Part shown: positions 37,152 to 51,260 of the stretch, one piece after another | How the letters are laid out: each line of letters begins with the position of its first letter | How positions within the stretch are numbered: position 1 is the stretch's first letter | Origin: Trichoplax adhaerens | Lineage: Eukaryota > Animalia > Placozoa | Direction: 5' to 3' | Length of the DNA: 64,000 nucleotides | Assembly: GCF_000150275.1 (NCBI RefSeq) | Contig: NW_002060948.1 | Span: 1,759,983-1,823,982 of the forward strand | Translations under genes and position numbers: made by a program | Notes under the pieces: generated by a model | What the model saw: only the letters and a program-made list of their open reading frames with translations | Told to the model about the DNA's origin: nothing | The model's database searches: none

Positions 37152-40100
37152 ATGGATTCAAGCAATTTAGTGGCCAGAAAATGGCTGCAAGAATATGCAT
37201 CAGGTTATTCGGATAATCAAATAAGCGATAGGATTGTCCATCACTTGGAAAATTTACATACGTTATTGGCCGACAAGACACCTGATCTCAAGTCCATGTT
37301 GACGGAGAATATCATCCGATATTTTACAACTCCTTTAGATTACTTCATCAGTAATGGACAAATGAAAGAATTGAAAGACTATCTGAGCACTAGTAATAAA
37401 TCGGCAATATGTGGTAAAGTTTTCAACGCCGGTGAACCAACTTACACATGCAGGTATAGCATGGTCGGACTCTACAATGGCAAGAGTAGATTCACTGTCA
37501 ATAATAAATTCCATTTTGTAATGCAGTATTATTATGATGATGACGATGATGATGATCAACATAAATAATTATTTTCATTGCTATCCATCTCCTATCGCGC
37601 TTTTATGCCTTCTACTCGATACACTAGACCTACGTTATCAATAGTACCAAAAGCATACTCTACATATTGCCTAAATAAGGAAAAATATCTTGTTGCTGAA
37701 AAGACCTGTGTCATCTTAACCATTGCATTAATTAGACATCATCGCCCCCCCCATCTTTGTTCTAGCTAAAAAATCACATCTTTTCTACAACAGCGTCTTG
37801 ATCAACGCTCGAAAGATCATTTCTAGTTGGATCATACATACATCCTTTAACGTATTGTAGATCCATCACGGATAGTAGCAGTACATAGTAGGTATACATG
37901 AGATTTGTCCATTTGAACAGCTGGACGATCGTTCAAAGTAGGATTGCAAAGTCTGATACGACTACATGAATGGGATAAATTACTATATAAATAATAAACT
38001 GCGTAAAACTTCAATCACTGACTCAATAGCTGATGACTAGTGAATAGTTAGTTAGTTAATCATCAAGCTCGTTTGATTTGACATCAGCCCAATCGGTATT
38101 CAATGGGATAATCATATCGGATCATATTGACGCATATTCTGCCTTGATCAAGCAAAATTTCACGTCGTCTGTACGGCACTGTTTGCGCTTGCATGTTTAC
38201 AAGATGGACATGATACACGTACATACAGTATGTCGCGGGTAAATCCAATGTTTAACCCACCAAAGTATAGAGTAGATTTAATAATTATAATTGGTTCATG
38301 GACCATTATAGTTTGTAAGTTAGAAGAAATCGGACAATCCAATATTTCTCAGCCGTTATCTAAAAATTTTACAACAAACGCAATTCGATAATATTTTATT
38401 TTTTCTCCATTGATCAGTTCTGCCATGTCATCTCGCATGTCTATTTTTACGATCTGTTATGAGCGAATGTTACTATTAGTCTAGAGAAGAGATTTGATTT
38501 TACTGAATTCGTTTGATCGTATCTACAAATTGATTCCCCTGCGCTCACTCTATGTACGCGTATATTTTCCAATCCACGCAATGATACTTCCTTGTTGATT
38601 CTGGACAACACACTACTATTGGTATAATAAGGGACAATATTCTGCACCATATATTCTGTTCATTCTGAAAAAGTTCCTAAAATGATGCATCATTGTTCAT
38701 TCTTGACAGCACACTATTGGTGTAATAAGGACAATATTCTGCTCATTCTGAAACAGTTTCTAAAACGATGCATCATTGTTCATTCTTGACAGCACACTAT
38801 TGGTGTAATATGGGACAATATTCTGCTCATTCTGAAAGAGTTCCTAAAACGATACATTAGTCAAGTCAAGATTGAGGCTTGTTGCAACATGTTTTATTTT
38901 CTATTCTTAGTTATAACATCAATATCAAAAATTACTACCATATAAGCGGACTAGAAGTATTATCCTATTTCTTGTTAGTGCAATGCTTCCATGTAGGTTA
39001 AAATAGTTGGCTAGGACACATGAATACTTGGATAGATCTATAGAGTCAGGAAGTGATGTACGACATGATGCCATAAAGCCTGTCGACAGTACTGTAGTAG
39101 TTCATGGTAATGGAGGAATTTGCTATATTCTGTATGTTGAGATAGAGTTGATAATGGCACTAAAACTAATGGTAATAACCAAGACCAGATGGGTTTTCGG
39201 TTACTATTTTTAATGATTTTTACTTTCCCTTCCGTTTTAATTCTGTCCGTAATAAACTATAGTACAATTGCTTCTGTAATCCATGCTAGAATCTGACGCG
39301 ACAATTTCTTGACTGTTTTTTATTATTTTTCGTTTACCAGACACTAAGCTAGGATCAGTTATTTACAGTATTTATTTGTAAACTTTAATACCGAGTAGAC
39401 CCGATCTCGGCCATTTGTCAAGACTCAGCAAACACCCACTTTCTATTGCTTGAAACCGTTTCTGAAAAGTACTGAGTACAGTCGGTACAAACGAAATACA
39501 ATTAGAGTATGCCACAGTTGAAATAAAAAGTCAATGAAAACGATAAGAGTTAGACAACCTATGCATAATATACTGTACTGGTAAATTGCAATCGCTTGTG
39601 GACATCATCTTACGCCAGTTGCAGGGTTTTAGTAGTCGATTAGGTTGGATAATTCTGAATATAGAATTATTATGAATGTACTCAAGCAATGCTTATAATT
39701 CAATTGAATATATAAGAATAGAATAGAGCAAAAATTGAATTACAAATACTGTACATTAGTTTAGACTTCCTTTGCAAGTCAATACACTTGATCAAGTTTG
39801 TTCAACTGTACAATATTCAATAGCTTGTAAACTTACTCAATCTTTGGGGGGCTATAGTTTACGTAATTTAGCGCTATTAAACTCTACGGATAGGCCGCAA
39901 TGATCTATACGTATAACTATAACAAAGTAAGAATAGCGATAATAAATTAGAATGAAACGATTAAATATTTTATCTTCTCTATGGGAAAATACTTTGCAAT
40001 AGAAATTGTCATGCGCCAGCAATACTGGTGTATCATGTACTGCAAAGCAGATTTCTCAATTGAAATTGTACAGTAGTATAGATGGCGTACCGTGCCATGC

Positions 40101-43100
40101 TGTGCATAAGATTGACATTGTCGCTGTAGTATAGTAAGATGATTATAACAAATATAACTCGCTCCATTTAATTAGAATTGAATTGAATCACTTAATAAAT
40201 GATCCATTTAATTTTTTATATTCGTTACACTGTCACATGCTCGATACTATTGAAAGCTAGACGTGGGATAACTCACAGCGTTCGTTGAGTATGCCACAGA
40301 TCGCGTTTAGCAATAGCCTGGTACAAGGATTTCACACCTGATCATCAGTCGAGCATAAAAAAGGCGCATTCTGTATAGTATGCTAGACTGCTATACTATC
40401 GAAATATTACATTCCACGATTAGATAGTGCAGTACGCTGCAACGGTATTGTTATGGAGAAAAAAAGTGGTATTGAGTTAGATCATATTATTATGTTTATT
40501 TTATTAATGCTAAAACATTGATTTTATGATCGATAAATTAAATTTTACATTAATAAGATAGAAAAAAAAATTGAGTATTAAGCACTGCAGAAAGCTTGAT
40601 TAGTGGCTATCCTGACTGTATTGATCGCTTATAATGCTTGCATCGATGATTTACTTTAGTAAAATTAGGCTATATAAAAGCTCAACTTTTAGTAAGAGCG
40701 ACGTGAATGTCTTGTCTATTTTAATTCAATTCAATGTCGACGTAGATGATTACTGATAATCTGTAAAAAAAATTGAAGTTTCTGATATTTTTTAACAATC
40801 TCGTCATTCGGTATTCATCTGCATTTTTGTTACAATAGTTTAATCTTATGCTAATAGTACCGAATTATTTGTATACTATATCCTTTATTTGCTTTATCAG
40901 GGATTGTGCCATGGATCCTACCTGTGTGATGTGTAATCAATGCTTTCAAAACAGTATTCATAAAGATCATCGTTATCGGGTTAGTAGCTAACAATATCAC
41001 TGTATACTAGTATTACTCAGTCGATTATAATTTTAAAAAGATCCCCAATATCCGTAAAAGCAGGATAGAGAGTAAAAACTAAAGCAGCGTAATTATTAAA
41101 TTATATTTACATCACAATGATCCTCTAATATGACAACATAAATTATATGTACAGATGCATACCTCAGCAGGAGGCGCAGGATGTTGCGATTGTGGTGATG
41201 CCGAAGCTTGGAAATCCGGATATGCATGCGATTTTCATCTAGCAAATGATGTTGAGGCAGCTCCGGTATGCTATATAAATTGGTTATGAGATGAGAATGG
41301 CAGTCTTTGTATATCATGATGCGAGTATATTGTCGCAAATATTATTGCTATTGGTATTTCTACTACATTTAGCTCGCTTTAAAAATATGAAATATTAATG
41401 TACTAGAGTATGTTAGTCCTAACATGATATTCAATTGATTTAGGTGCAATTACCGCTTGACGTGGAAAGAAGATGTTCAATAGTATTTGATGCTGTCCTT
41501 AGATATGCTATTACGGTGCTATTGTATGATGGTCCGGATGATATGCCTGCCGAATTATTTCAAATGTTGGTGGTGTTTTAGATGTTTATTTCATATAACA
41601 CAAAATAGCCTGGACTACTTTATTTTTTGGGTATCATTTTTGCGCACTAATTCTATATTTAACATATCCAATATTCATAGGTCATTGCCACCGCTATATG
41701 TTACTACATTATATAACGATGAAGTCCATACATATCAAGAGGTGTGCCAACAAAACGAATTCGTTGACTGTAGACAAACTTAAAAGTTGTATTTGCATGT
41801 AAAATTTACTAGTTATTTCAATAATTGTTATGGTTATCATCAAATAGGTCATAAGACAGTTACAATTGGCCATTAGTTGTACTGAACTGCAAGCGTCTCA
41901 GATTGCTGGCATAGTTGATCGAACGGTTAGGATTTATACGTGTATTCTTTAATCGTCAACTTGTGTTTTATATAGTGACTATATTCCTAATTTGTTGCCA
42001 TCCTTTACACCCATAGGGTAGAGCGAGAATAGGAGTTGGCGATGCTATTGAATGCAACAGAATTCGAAGGATTATACAAAAGGTTGTGTATGATAAAATT
42101 CAATTGTATTTTATATTCGTTTTGCAATTAGCAAATATTGCTACTCGATAATGGTTAATAATCGACTACCAGTTCGACTTACGTATTGCAACTATTACTC
42201 TGACAGCGCAATTCAGAATTGCCTCATATACCGATAAGAGGAGCTAAACCGCTTGTAATCAAGATATTACATACGACTCTATTTGAACATCAAGAATTGG
42301 CTATCAACCTGCTTAATTGGCTGAATGATTTTACATCTTCATCTAGTAGGCAGATAATAATAAAATTTTACATGCATGCTAGATACATTTGCTACTTATC
42401 ACTAAAATTAAATGGTATTGAAGTGGTAATAAAACTACATAATTTATTGACTGATGCATCCTTCTAATTTTACTTACAGGTGCTTTGATTTTATTATTCG
42501 GTAAAATTGCTATGGACTCTAATAGTCATTTTGATAAAAGCTACTTAGAAATACTATTACATTCTGATACACAGCTTTGGAAGGGTAATGATCGAATTTA
42601 AAATTTCATCGATACTAGTGATAATTTACCTGTATATCAGAAAATAGTATTAATTACTACTTGGTCTGTATACTTAGATGCAAGAACTGCTTGGCATCAA
42701 TTGTGTATGGCATGGTAATGATGTGGTTTATGATGTTATTTTTGTCTGTATTATTCCTATGCTATACTTACTTGTATAATAATTGTTTCTTTATTTAGTA
42801 TTTTAGGAAGTTCTGATCTCAAACATCAATTTAGTGTATTATACGTAAAGGTAAGGCATTGCTCAAGTTTAAATGGTCATCATTAATTAAGGATTGAAAT
42901 CTAAAGTACAAAGTGTGTGCCATAAGTCCCTTATTTGATCAAGCTCTCTTTACTGTTGCAGGAGTATGCTAAAATCCAGAAAGATTTCATAGAGGACGAT
43001 CATCTTCATTCAGTATCGGTAATTTTTTTTCCAAATCATAATGGAATACAAAGTTCGATCCGCATATTTACGCTTATTTTGTTCATGATACAGATCACAT

Positions 43101-46100
43101 CGATGTCGGTTCAGCTATTTACTTCTAATTCATTGGTAAGACAAAATTTGAGAAATATAACTTTTAACGTCATGAATATTACTGCTAAATACATAAACCT
43201 TGTTTTACTAAAGAAAAATTTTTAAATTTTCCTATTAGTCGCGCTACTTAGTGATAGAACATGATTGCTTGGCTAAAATTTTATCGACGTTTTGCAATGC
43301 AATTAAACCTAGTATAAATCCCGGTAAAACATTGTAAATCTACAGCCTATATTCGTCAATTCAATTCTAGAGATGTCGAATTTGACTAAGATTTAATGTT
43401 TAAACTTCATTTTTAGTTGCCGCAAGAGATGGAAGACTAGCCCAACTTCGAATTCACGAACTATCCAGATTAGAATATATGATAATAGACGTAAAGTAAG
43501 TTATCTATTTAGATCTTATGCTTGGTTTATAGTATTGATTGACATTCATATTAAATAGTACAAAAATATACAATAAAGTAGTTTTACTAGATATCTTAAT
43601 TCGTCCAACTAAATGACTTTTCCAGATATATCTTAAGTCAAGTACCTGATGCAGAGTCATGGACTGATGACTTAAAACATGCATTTTTACGTGGTTTTGA
43701 TGAATATCTCAAGTTGTTATCCATACTTGAGGTGATGATAAATTTGTGTGATTAATTTTAACTATATTGTTGTTATAACCTGTACTCAACTGATACATAC
43801 TTCGTATTTGAATCTTTCAGGGCATGGAAAGTTCCAAACGTGTTTCTGGCCGTCATATTGAATATGAACCCAATTGGGAATTTTCTGTCCGAATTTATAT
43901 AACTTTATGCATTATTGCACCTTTAATATTACAGTGGTGTACCAGCAATGTATGTAAACTAGCAGATCGTTGTCACTATCCCAGTTAAAGTATAATTGTT
44001 ATAATAATATTGATTAATTTAGTTAATATACGCATAGGTAACTACGGCATCGGAAAAAATAATTTAATTCGTTGCGTTAATTTGTTGGATTAAAAATTAT
44101 TACCATTTAGTTGGAAATTCTGAAAGAAGCGACAGGAAGAACAATAAAAATATTGTGTGAAACTTGTTATAGCGATTCAAAGTCTCTACTAGACCATGCA
44201 ATAGGTTATAATTAGTTTTATCAAATAGTATTAATTGATCATTTTAAAATATTATAGAAATTTATTTTGATTTTTATTGTGTCCATTAACCGACGATCAT
44301 AGTTGATTCTATTGAGTACCAAACCATCAACTATGATGTCTCTTCGGAACTAGTGTCATTGGTGTATCCTCTTTCTCGATTGTTAGCTGGTATGTCTATA
44401 AAGATACTAAGAATCAATTAAAGTTAACATTTATGTTACGACAAAGTTATGGATATTTTAAAGAAGGTATACTCTTTGATTGCAGGCCTAATGTCCTCTG
44501 GAAGCCGGCATAATCATGAATCTATATGCGAGCTTCTTCCTACTGGCGTAAGGGATTTATCAGCAACAATTAATGATCGTGATCACTATATGTTAGTAAA
44601 TCTCAAGACAAATTTCGTTCTGTTCATTTTTAGAGGGAAGAAATACTTCCAATTCTGTTAATGGAGCATTCCGTAAGAGCTTTAGTATTAGCAGCCCAGG
44701 TTGCTTCCTCTATGTGGAAATTTAATGGTTATTACATTGTTAATCAGGTAACCTTTTAGATTTCTACGAATGAGAAATGGTTATTACAACTATATCGGAT
44801 GTGATTAGATCTATCTTATTGCAGGTTCATCATTACAAAGTTGGCAAATGTCGCTCTCAAGCCTATGATAAAGATATACTTATGCTTCAGGTAATGCTAT
44901 GTTTACTCTAGTAGTAGAGCATTATAGGATGCATGAAAGATTTTGTATTCTTCCTGAAAACTACATTTGACATTTCTGTTGCTCTTACCGAAATATTTAT
45001 TCGTAAATAGATCGTCGGTTCTATAGTAGATCCGGATTGGTTCCTTGCTTGCCTTTTGCAGAAATTTAAGTTATTAGATTGGGTGGAGTAAGTTTTAAAC
45101 TTTTAATTAATGGATGATATCTTGTTTATGGCACGAAATCTATAAGAGCCACTCTATCTTCTACTTATTCGCATAGTAATATTTATTTCCCTTATCTTTA
45201 GTATTCAAGGTGGCTCTCGCATTGACAACTTGAAAGAGGTGCATGCAAATAATTTTATAAGAAGTTACCTCTAGAATTACATTTTTTCATTGAACAAGCT
45301 GTTTATATATAAAAAGAGTTTTACGTTTTGCTAATTTATGACGTTCTCAACGTAGGATATTTGGGTTGCTAGATCATCTTTAGCCAGAGAATTTTTATTA
45401 TTATTAATTGCGGTTATAGGTGAGTGAATAAGCAACAGCGCAATATTCCGCTATCTTAAAATTATAGGTGTCGAAAAGTACTTACGTAAATGATGAACAG
45501 CTAAAAGTTATCTTTCTATTATTAAGGTGAGAGATATCATGTAGGCATTGGAGACGTCACTCCTGCAGATACCGTAAGACACGAAATACTACATTATCTC
45601 TATGTCAGTCCAAAAGCTCACAGTGAAATTACCAAATTTTTATCAACGTCTCAAGTAAGATAATACAAATTTAAGCTATTGGAAAAAATTTTGCTTTATT
45701 GAAATTACTCATTAACACAACCCTTGCTAATTTTCAATCTCATAGGAGGATTGCGCAGAAGTTGACATTGATGAAGTATTATCTACTATAGCCAACTATA
45801 GGTAGATCGGTTCTATTGATTGTATTTTTCGAGGTATAATATATGTAGCTCTTAAAATGGTTGTATTTTTAATTCCGAAAGAAAACCTGGATTAACTGGT
45901 AGAGGGGTATACGAATTAAAACCAGAATATTATGAAGAATATAACCCTTTCTTCTATCATTACTCTGTTTCGGATCATTCTAAGGTATTTTAGTTCCATA
46001 ATTTATGTAGTTTCATTAACAGTGATCCCTGCCGCAAGATTTGTAAAGTTTAGATTTGAAAATATTTTTGTAGGCAGAGGAAAGACGAAAAAGAATTAAA

Positions 46101-49100
46101 ACGGAAAGCGATAATCGCAGTACGTTTTATGCTTGACATCACTTATAATAGTAATCTTTCGTTACTAATATTGTTAATGTATATGGCTAATATTTTGCTA
46201 TGTAGATCAATCGCCGCCATCTTTACCGAAACTTACAAAACCTTTCTATAGCTTGAATAGAATTCTTCAATCCTCTCTCTTACGTAGAATGCTACTAACA
46301 ATATTAACTCGTTGTTGTGAGGATTCACAGAAGAATTGGATCGATCCTCTATTACATCCCACTCTATTCTTGATAGCTATGAATTTTGGAGAAATAGAAA
46401 GTGCTTATCGAGAAGGATTTATTAACTTAAATTCGGAATTAAGTATGTACAATTAGATGTTATTGTAACGGCACTAATATATTGGATATTATGTAATTGA
46501 TTATTCGATGTTTCGATGCGAAAGTTACGAATTATCGTTGCAATTGTAGGCCTTCTTTCAGAGATCATATCGAAAATAGATATATTAAAGAATGAAACGT
46601 CAGCAAGCGATTTTTCAAAGTTAATAAATTGGATTATATCGGTAAGTAGTTTTGAATGTGGGATCTATGAAAAACTTATTTCATGCTTGCCTCGGAAATA
46701 AATTTTATTCCGTTTATCTGGTAGCAATGTGATAATTGTAATGTTTGTATGCTGTGATCATGCTTAAATCGTAAGTGATAAAAATGATATAATTTTTCGA
46801 TATTAAAAACAGACTTATCGAAAGTTGGTATCTTTCACTGCTGGTTCTAATTCAGTTACTAATGTAACTAGTGAGACTACTGGAAAAAATAGATTTGAAG
46901 AAGCAAAAAGAGCAAGAGCACGGTTAGCTGCGCAACAGCGAAATAAAATCATGGCACAGATGTCTGCTATGCAAAAAAATTTCCTAACACGAAATGCTGA
47001 TATCCTGAGTACTTTACAAACTGACTCTCTCACCGATCCTGAATCTAGGTATCGAATTATATAATCATTCCAGTACTTTTTCTACAAACATTTAATACAG
47101 ATTCTTTACAATATTGTTATTAATATTACTGTAATACAGAACTTATAATGATGCATGCAAGGAGCTGCTGCGACTTCTACGGTCGACCATAATATAATCT
47201 TTTATAATAATTGTTACGTCTGTAGTTGTAATGCGTGTAGAGTAACGTGCAATACAGTTGCAGTACCAGTAAACCTTGTAATTGTAATATAACTTCATGA
47301 TGTGTACATCTTTATGGAATAGATTACGGTACAATGTTGGGTATCGTACTGTTACGACATGCATAGATACAGTATATAAAGTCGCGAACAACTTGAATAA
47401 AATCACTTCTTTTCTTTACACTAGAATTGAGGAGTCTATGCGTTAAGTTATATTACTCGTCTCGGAGCAGTTCTTTAACAATAATCAATTTTTAATATAG
47501 TGAGACATTAATGGAAATGAACGAAACTGATGAAGTTATTGCTGTTGGTGCCTCTCGTTCATGTTTCCATATCGGCGCGCCTGAGACGATATCCTGTATT
47601 CTCTGCCAAGAAGATGAACAAATAAAATTAAGTGATCGTCCTATGGTTTTGACGGGATTATCGCATAGGTAGGTTATTACTGTTAGCAATTACCAAGTAC
47701 TAGACTTTAAAACATTTTTATTAACTTTATACCGTAATTAAGTTAACTTAACTATTTCATATTGTAAATACTATATACAATAACGTTGATATATATTGAA
47801 AAGGTCGGTAGTTTTATCTCAACTCGGTTCAGAAAATGATACTAAATTAGGTAGGCAATGCAATGTTTTGTATTTCCATTAACTTTAAAACGAAATTATC
47901 GCATTTAAGTGATCTATTCAATGTTACTTTATGTATATTTTAAAAATATATTTTATGTCTTTAGAATTTAAACCTCTGTGGACGGATACAGCAATAGCTA
48001 TCGGCGTACATACTGGCTCGTGTGCGCACGCTATGCATTCTAGCTGTTGGCAAAAGTACGCATTGTAGTTAAATTGCTGGCGCCAATTATATTCTAAATT
48101 GTTATCTTTTCGTCTTTAGTTATTTTGTTGCAACAGTTGACAGGCAGCAAATTAGGAGATTTAACGCAAGAGCTCCACCTAGTATCAATGTTACTAAAGG
48201 CGAATATTTATGCCCGTTATGCGAGGGCTTATGCAATTGTGCCATACCTATTTTACCTCCCTTACCCTACTTCATCAAGTAAATCTAGAATCTGGCTATG
48301 GTAAAGTACTTAGAACATTCTTAGGCATCTAATAATATTAATTTTTTATGTTACTATATTTAGTAATGACAACATGAAGGAATATCCGAAATGGCTTGAA
48401 GATCTCCGTGTACATACGATAAATGAGCTGCAAAATATTAGAGGACATACAGGATCAAATGCAGGTGAGTAATTCTTTGTTGCTGCAACTGCTTAATACG
48501 CGATATCATTGTCGAAAGTACCAATTTTTAGCTATAAAAGTTTACTAAATTGTCATAATTTTACTAGCGATGATAGATTCGTCAATATCCTTATTTACTC
48601 CGCTGGACCTTCTAAATCGAAAATCTTCTCCGGAATTAAATCAGTTAAGGTACATTGTTAAGCTGACTGTAAATTTCGTCGTATCGATATTGTTTTTAAG
48701 GCTATAGTAACATGTATATCCCATTTAAATTGACATTGCAGGTACGAATTACCGGAAGCTGCTATCGAGGCAATTAAGGCATTCTCTCAATCAGTTTATA
48801 CCGTGAGTACTACTATAACGTTTATTGTATGCAAAGATAACTTTCCAAAATCTATCGACAAGTTGTCCTACCAAGGCGCGGAAAGTTCCAACGGCTAAGA
48901 CGTAAAAACTTTCTTTATATTGTAGTCTGGCTTGCTTGCTAAACCATGTGCCGATAATGAACGTATACTTTATGCGCTATGGAGTTCATGTGCTTATTGC
49001 ATTGGTGTCGCAGGTTAGATGAATCTTTGCAATGCGATGAAGAAATAGACATACGTAGCTATACTAGTAATGCACTTTTATCACTGAACTATTTTCGTTT

Positions 49101-51260
49101 TCTCTGCAGTAAACTTTTTATCATTTAGATCAAAATCTGTAGAAGAAGGACTCACCACTAGACAGGTATAATAAGCTATTTATCTAGTAAAATATTGTGA
49201 TATCAGTGAAAACTAATTATTTATCCATATGAATTAAGATTTCAAGCATGTCTGCACTGTTGAGAGCAGCTGTTGCCTATACGTCAGTTAATTCGATCAG
49301 GTTTCAGACGTGGAAAACTTTACACAACCATATTCTTAGTGGTAAATATCATCTCCAACAAAAAATGTTGGGTTCAATTTATGATATGAACTATTCAGAA
49401 CTAAAAGCGTTAAGTCAATACATTGACCGTGTTACTTTTACATTGACAGTTACTATTGGCTATGAAGTTGAAGGTGTACCATCTGTGTTGAATTTGGATC
49501 CATTTCATTTAATGGCACGTATTTTTTTTTGTAAAGGTTACATGGAAATGTCTGCATGTGTGATAATGTTATCGTTTGTGTTTCTTGTTCTATCACTAGG
49601 TAAATTTAATCTTTTCGCTGCAAGCATTGAGTGATAGCCCTGGAATAGTTGCTTTTGGTACAGATCCTGTTATGCATCACTACTGTTTAAAAATTGCATT
49701 TATGCTAAAAATTACTCAATCTCTGTTAGCGATAACTGACATTGATGGTTAGTAAGTTGAACTGTTAAATTGGTTTCTTGTTTGTATTTGACTTCTTAAG
49801 TTCATCAGCCTATTTTTTGTAAAATTTTTTAAGACTAAAATGTAATAGAGGCTTTTAAAATTATATATTATAGTTTCTTCAGAAAATGACGAGAGCAGTG
49901 ACGATGACTCATCATTTTTAGTACAATATTGGCAATTCTTACAGATGCATACTGGGTAAGTCGCTTATTTTATTTAGACTAGCAATTTTCCTAACTATGT
50001 ATCGAAAAAAGTAGTAAATAATCCACGTATCTTTATTATCCATGCAGTAAAGGAGCGATCTCCTTTCCATATTCAGCTTCGATTACCTTATGCAGAAAAG
50101 TCAAAGAAGTATGCTTACCATTTCTTCGCATGGCCTCATTATTTTTTCATCTAATAACTTCAGTACCAGTACCAAAATTTGATCTCGATGGTATGTATCG
50201 GTCTTAATGTTCTAGGAAGATGACAGTATAAAATATAACTTTAACTATTATTTGTAGCTGCTCAAGAATATAGTCATCTGCTAAAGTATCTCGATCTTCC
50301 GGCAAAATTATCAACGCTACTTGACTTATCTAACTCTGAAATATCAGGACTTGTCATAAGGTAATGTGTATAACTTGTAATAAAACTTTTGACGTTATCT
50401 TTAAAAGTAGCCGCTTACGTATTTTTAAAAAATTACTTTTCAGATGGTGTAATACAAAAAATGTAATTCTTCCTATCAGGTTAGGAAAGAAAGTTGTCTC
50501 TTTATTACTATTTCTTTATTGAAATCACAATTTAATGATGTAAATACAATTATATGTTTAATATAGAGAATTATCTCCATGTTCTACGTTAATCAATTTA
50601 CCTCGCAATTACGGAGAACTAATCTGTGGGACAGCCAATTATAGGTTAACTTTCTATTCTATTATAGCTAAAGTATGCTGAATAACTTGTAATTTATTGC
50701 TCAATGTTATTATTTTTGATACTTGTAGATGTAGCAACTCCAAAGCAAGTTTGAATTCATCTCCTGCAATGTGTTTAATTTGTGGCAAACTTGTATGTGC
50801 ACAAAATTACTGCTGCCAAGGGACTCTTGGAGATGACAAGGTTGGGTCGATTACTAGCCATATTTATGAATGCGGCGCCGGAGTTGGAATATTGTTGTTT
50901 GTGAGGGAATGTCGCATCATTCTGAGATTTGGCCAACGTAGGGGCTGTTTTTACTCACCGCCTTATTTAGATGAGCATGGCGAAACTGATGAAGGATTAA
51001 GGTATTGTTAATGACTCATTATTGTTACTAGACTAAGTCAATCAATCAAATGAATAGTACGACTGGGTATGGTATTTACTATATACTTATCGTTACTGAA
51101 TATTTTGCTGTTAAGACGTGGTAATCCTCTCTTCTTGGATGACGAACGGTATAGCAAATTACAAAACATGTGGCTATTACACGAGGTATCTGGAGAAGTT
51201 GTTCGCAATATGGAACATAATACACGTCACGCCGCTTATATCGATTGGAGTAATATGTAG
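37152..51260 (+). CDS. UBR2: E3 ubiquitin ligase UBR1/UBR2-type N-recognin, ~51 exons
   Basis: Exon 1 is 37152-37453 ([15 protein letters not shown]), followed by a 3.4-kb intron; exon 2 starts at 40901 ([17 protein letters not shown]). Then [12 protein letters not shown] (UBR box), the ClpS-like [21 protein letters not shown], the RING-H2 CILCQE...[10 protein letters not shown]...EYLCPLC, and C-terminal [37 protein letters not shown]. All junctions were traced in frame. UBR1 and UBR2 cannot be distinguished; likely the pre-duplication ortholog. Confidence 0.96.
38596..38857. repeat. Tandem repeat, ~80-bp unit x3, in UBR intron 1
   Basis: CATTCTTGACAGCACACTATTGGTGTAATA(A/T)GGACAATATTCTGCTCATTCTGAAA.AGTT.CTAAAA.GATGCAT-like unit repeated three times. 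Confidence 0.9.

Noticed and set aside
37454-37568. ORF extension ending [12 protein letters not shown]
   Set aside because: Read-through into UBR intron 1 across a (GAT)n microsatellite. The donor at 37454 splices in frame to the rest of the UBR box.
48262-48305. Apparent frameshift or premature stop in the UBR RING exon
   Set aside because: A phase-2 donor (ATC AA|GTAAAT) before the TAA splices in frame to the next exon at 48364.
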